Shown here one piece after another: positions 63,661 to 64,000 of a DNA stretch of 64,000 bases. A model generated the notes under the pieces. It ran no database searches, had not been told where the DNA came from, and saw only the letters and a program-made list of their open reading frames with translations. Source of the DNA: Harriotta raleighana (Eukaryota). The translations under genes and the position numbers were made by a program. Each line of letters begins with the position of its first letter. The stretch's first letter is position 1. The stretch lies in assembly GCA_050575255.1 (NCBI GenBank), contig JBNZDD010013549.1, forward strand, positions 739,283 through 803,282, in the 5' to 3' direction.

Positions 63661-63860
63661 ATCAATCAATCAATCAAAATTACATTTATATAGTGCCTTT
63701 CATGTCAGGAGGATGTCCCAAGGCGCTGTACAGTCAAGTAGGAATCAGAGCAGGGGGGAGGGGTGGGGTGAAGGAAAGTAGGAAAAATTGACTATATTTT
63801 TGGTGAAACGCAGCAACCAAATGCACACAGCAGTGTCCCACAAACAGTCATGGAAGTGGG
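63661..63860 (-). mobile_element. L2 3' end with (atca)n tail, followed by a SINE core fragment
   Basis: caaaattacatttatatagtgccttttcatgtcaggaggatgtcccaaggcgctg; aattgactatattttt...cagtgtcccacaaacagtcatgga. Confidence 0.8.
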
Positions 63861-64000
63861 GTTAGGGGAGAAAGGGGGAAAGTTAGCAAGGGGAGGGATC
63901 GGGATAGGGGGAAGGAGAACAGGAAAAAACGACTGTATAACCGACAGCATATATTATTCCTGTCTTACAATTGCTACTACAGTAAAATATATCAGGACTC

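Overview
Vertebrate genomic DNA, most likely a cartilaginous fish such as Callorhinchus. This is inferred from the tRNA-headed Deu-domain SINEs, the L2 and shark-type CR1 tails and the single-N joins; it is not verified. The only protein-coding gene I can support is an intact 8-exon TMX1 (thioredoxin-related transmembrane protein 1, CPAC active site, 277 aa) on the minus strand at 49610-55117. Its first exon lies between a C-rich and a G-rich minisatellite. The rest is intergenic or intronic DNA full of SINE, L2 and CR1 fragments and microsatellites. All eleven single N positions sit next to a local direct duplication, which I read as an assembly artefact. The ORF track is almost entirely noise. 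Most notable observations: a three-level nested insertion (L2 in CR1 in SINE) with visible target-site duplications; a candidate unannotated CRE+TATA transcription unit at about 25.7-26.2 kb; the mirror-image G/C tracts around the TMX1 start; and loss of one of the two TMX1 palmitoylation cysteines. I see no convincing evidence of a new multi-gene system. Repeat boundaries are approximate; TMX1 exon boundaries were read base by base.
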